Positions 61,690-64,000 of a stretch of 64,000 nucleotides of DNA are shown here, in pieces; within the stretch, counting starts at the first letter, position 1, and every line of letters begins with the position of its first letter. The DNA is from Mobula hypostoma. Lineage: Eukaryota. Location of the stretch: contig NC_086097.1 of the NCBI RefSeq assembly GCF_963921235.1, positions 46,874,001-46,938,000 of the forward strand, given 5' to 3'. The position numbers and the translations under genes were made by a program. The notes beneath the pieces are model-generated. The model was not told where the DNA came from. It was given only the letters and a program-made list of their open reading frames with translations, and ran no database searches.

Positions 61690-62393
61690 AGGTACAGCGA
61701 GTCCACCACATCAGTGATCTATTGTTTGGAGCCGCTGGCCGGGATGTCAAAAGAGCCGACGGATGAGTCAGAGAAGGCGAAGCCAGCGCTCGGCTGCGTG
61801 AAGGAGAAGCTGGTGCTTGGCTGGGGGCAAGTTTAGAGGAAGTGACGTAGGTGCAGACTATGCTATTGCCTGCTACTCAAAAACATAAGAGATGGTGCGC
61901 GAAAGCAGCATGCAATGTAACCGTGAGTGACTGCCTCGAACGTTTCTCTTGTGCTTGCAAGACGCTATTGAACATTGATAATATGAGATGCCAGGCCTGT
62001 TTCCCTTGTTTTGTGGTAAGACAGGCAACGAGGCAGCAGCGTGGCCTTGCTTGTAGCGAAGACAAGGCCTCAAGCGGGCTTGCCGGCTGCTGCAGTCCAG
62101 GTGAGACAACACTGCCAGATGGAGTCTGTGCTCGGTTAGGAGCTGGCCTCTACCATCAGTGCTCCCTCCAGTGTCCGACAGGTGGAAGGACAGGCTGGAT
62201 TTCCAGGAGCGGTACCATCAAGTTTGCATGTCGTTCAGGGACTTGGACTATACAAGTTCTGGCGTAACGATGTGTGTGTCTTTTTCCTCTCTTGCTATTC
62301 TGAATGTATGTTATACACCTGGGCCCCAGAGGGATGCTGTCTCATTCAACTGTATCCATGTATGGTGTGAATAGTAATTAAACTTAATTTGAT
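61690..62393 (+). mobile_element. Non-autonomous element, family shared with 21725-22540
   Basis: Colinear with 21850-22540, including the tail. Confidence 0.65.
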
Positions 62394-62829
62394 ATTATTA
62401 TATTGTGAAATATATGTGATACTGATGGATATTACTAAAAAGTGTGATTACAAATCCTTCGGCAAAAGAAGACAGCCGCACACAATCAGTATCTTGTTTA
62501 CAAGATTTGTTTTCAGGAAACCTGAGTAAGGTTGTGCACAGGATTGATAGCAATGCAAACACCCCTATGAAAGAGATGAACTATCTTCAGCTTATTGAAA
62601 AACATTAGCAGCTGACCTGATGACCTGACAGCAACAGAGACAGTGATTCAAACTTGCTTCAAGGAAATGGCAAGAATTGTTTGTGGGAAAGAAGATTTTA
62701 AAGATGGACTAATATGGACTTAGAATATGGAAGCTGATGTTTTGTTATGTGTTTATGGAAAATTATAACGGTGACATTCCTTGGAGGTTTTGGAAACGTG
62801 GGCAACTGAGATTGAGGAAGTGAATATTC

Positions 62830-64000
62830 TGTCACAATGAAGGGCGCTGGAAGCGGACCCAAATGCAAGACACAGACACTGAAGTAGAAGGAACAGGACT
62901 TGATAGAGTAGGGACGTGACAGGATACAGACAAGGAGCAGGGACAAGAACGCAGACTAGGGCTTGGACCCCAAGCCAGAGACTGGACAAGGACCCAGAAC
63001 CTGGGTCTTGCCACAGGCTTGGGCCCCAGAACCAGGCATGGACATGACATGACTGCAGGACTGGAGGCTGGGGCCTTGAGGCTTGAGGCTTGGAGACAGG
63101 CTTGAGGCTTGAGGCTTGGAGACAGGCTTGGGGTCCTGAGGCTTGAGCTTGGAGACAGGCTAGGGTCTTGGTCTTGAGGCCTGCAGGCTGGGGTCTTGGG
63201 TCTAGGGTACTTCGAGGCTTGGGTATGGACTCTGAGCCAGAGGCTGGGCAAGGACCCAGAACCTGGGATTTGACTCAGGCTCGGACTTCAGAACTAGGCG
63301 AGGACAAGACGAGGCTACAGGACTGGATATGGCTTGGGTGAGGAACTCCTGGGTAAGGCGAGACACAAGGACAGGTAAAGGCACATGGACAGGCCTCAGA
63401 TAGGACTGGACTAGGCATGGACTGGACGAGGGCCTTCAGGAGCACGGAGCCTTGGACTAGAAGAGACAAGAGCACAGAACACAGAGCCGGGACCCCTCCT
63501 TGGGAATAGGACGTAGGCCCGGGACCCATACACAGAACACTGAACATGAAGAGACAGATCTCAACACAAGGTGGCAGCAAACGGCCGGACCCACCTAGCG
63601 AAGGCATGGACACAGAGACAGATCCCAACACTAGGTAGCGGCAAATGGCCGGACCTACCTAGCGAAGGTGTGGACAGAGAGAGACAATTCCACACAACGA
63701 AAGACAGTTCCTTATCTTGACCTAACAAGGTTCCGGTCTTGCTCTGGTGGTAAAACTTCAGCGATACAGGCGGGGTATACAGGCCAGGTATCTAGGCAGA
63801 GAGTCAGGCGAGGAAGGAAAAGACAGGGAGGGGAACAGGACAGTCCAGCAGGGAATCCCTGGTTTGCAGAGGTATTTATGTCTCAGCCCCAAAACAAGAA
63901 ACATGTGCCCACAACAGAAACTGGGGAAAACCAGAAACCCTGGAACAAGGAGTCATGGACCAGACCGTGAACCGGAACATGGATCTCACGGACCGGACTA
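62830..64000 (-). mobile_element. Probable long LTR with internal tandem repeats, running off the window end
   Basis: Begins TGTCACA; GCGGACCCAAATGCA resembles a reversed Gypsy U5 motif; GAGGCTT repeats at 63064-63182; about 64-bp duplication at 63552-63685; reversed ATAAATA near 63873. Confidence 0.6.

Noticed and set aside
62832..63970. Ser/Pro-rich ORFs
   Set aside because: By-products of low-complexity LTR tandem repeats.

Overview
Eukaryotic, repeat-dominated sequence, intronic or intergenic. The repeat mix (abundant CR1, Rex1/Babar-like, Neptune-type Penelope, Tc1, Tigger, Gypsy) suggests a cartilaginous fish, probably a ray; this is an inference only. No intact host gene, RNA gene or CRISPR array is recognisable, and most ORFs in the track are decayed transposon fragments. 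The window holds four two-LTR Ty3/Gypsy elements from different lineages (chromovirus-like, tRNA-Trp-primed, Gmr1-like with SCAN-like capsid, PNMA-like Gag), all lacking a usable reverse transcriptase. It also has a solo LTR, a TSD-flanked 5'-truncated L1-clade element, several CR1 and Rex1/Babar-like LINEs, Tc1/Tigger/hAT/Harbinger derivatives and deep nesting. The most interesting signal is a dispersed set of Penelope terminal repeats carrying a minimal type I hammerhead ribozyme (intact core at 26451-26486), including very short direct-repeat-flanked insertions. One or two possible minus-strand micro-exons of an unidentified host gene are reported at low confidence. Boundaries without a stated TSD, TIR or LTR end are approximate.
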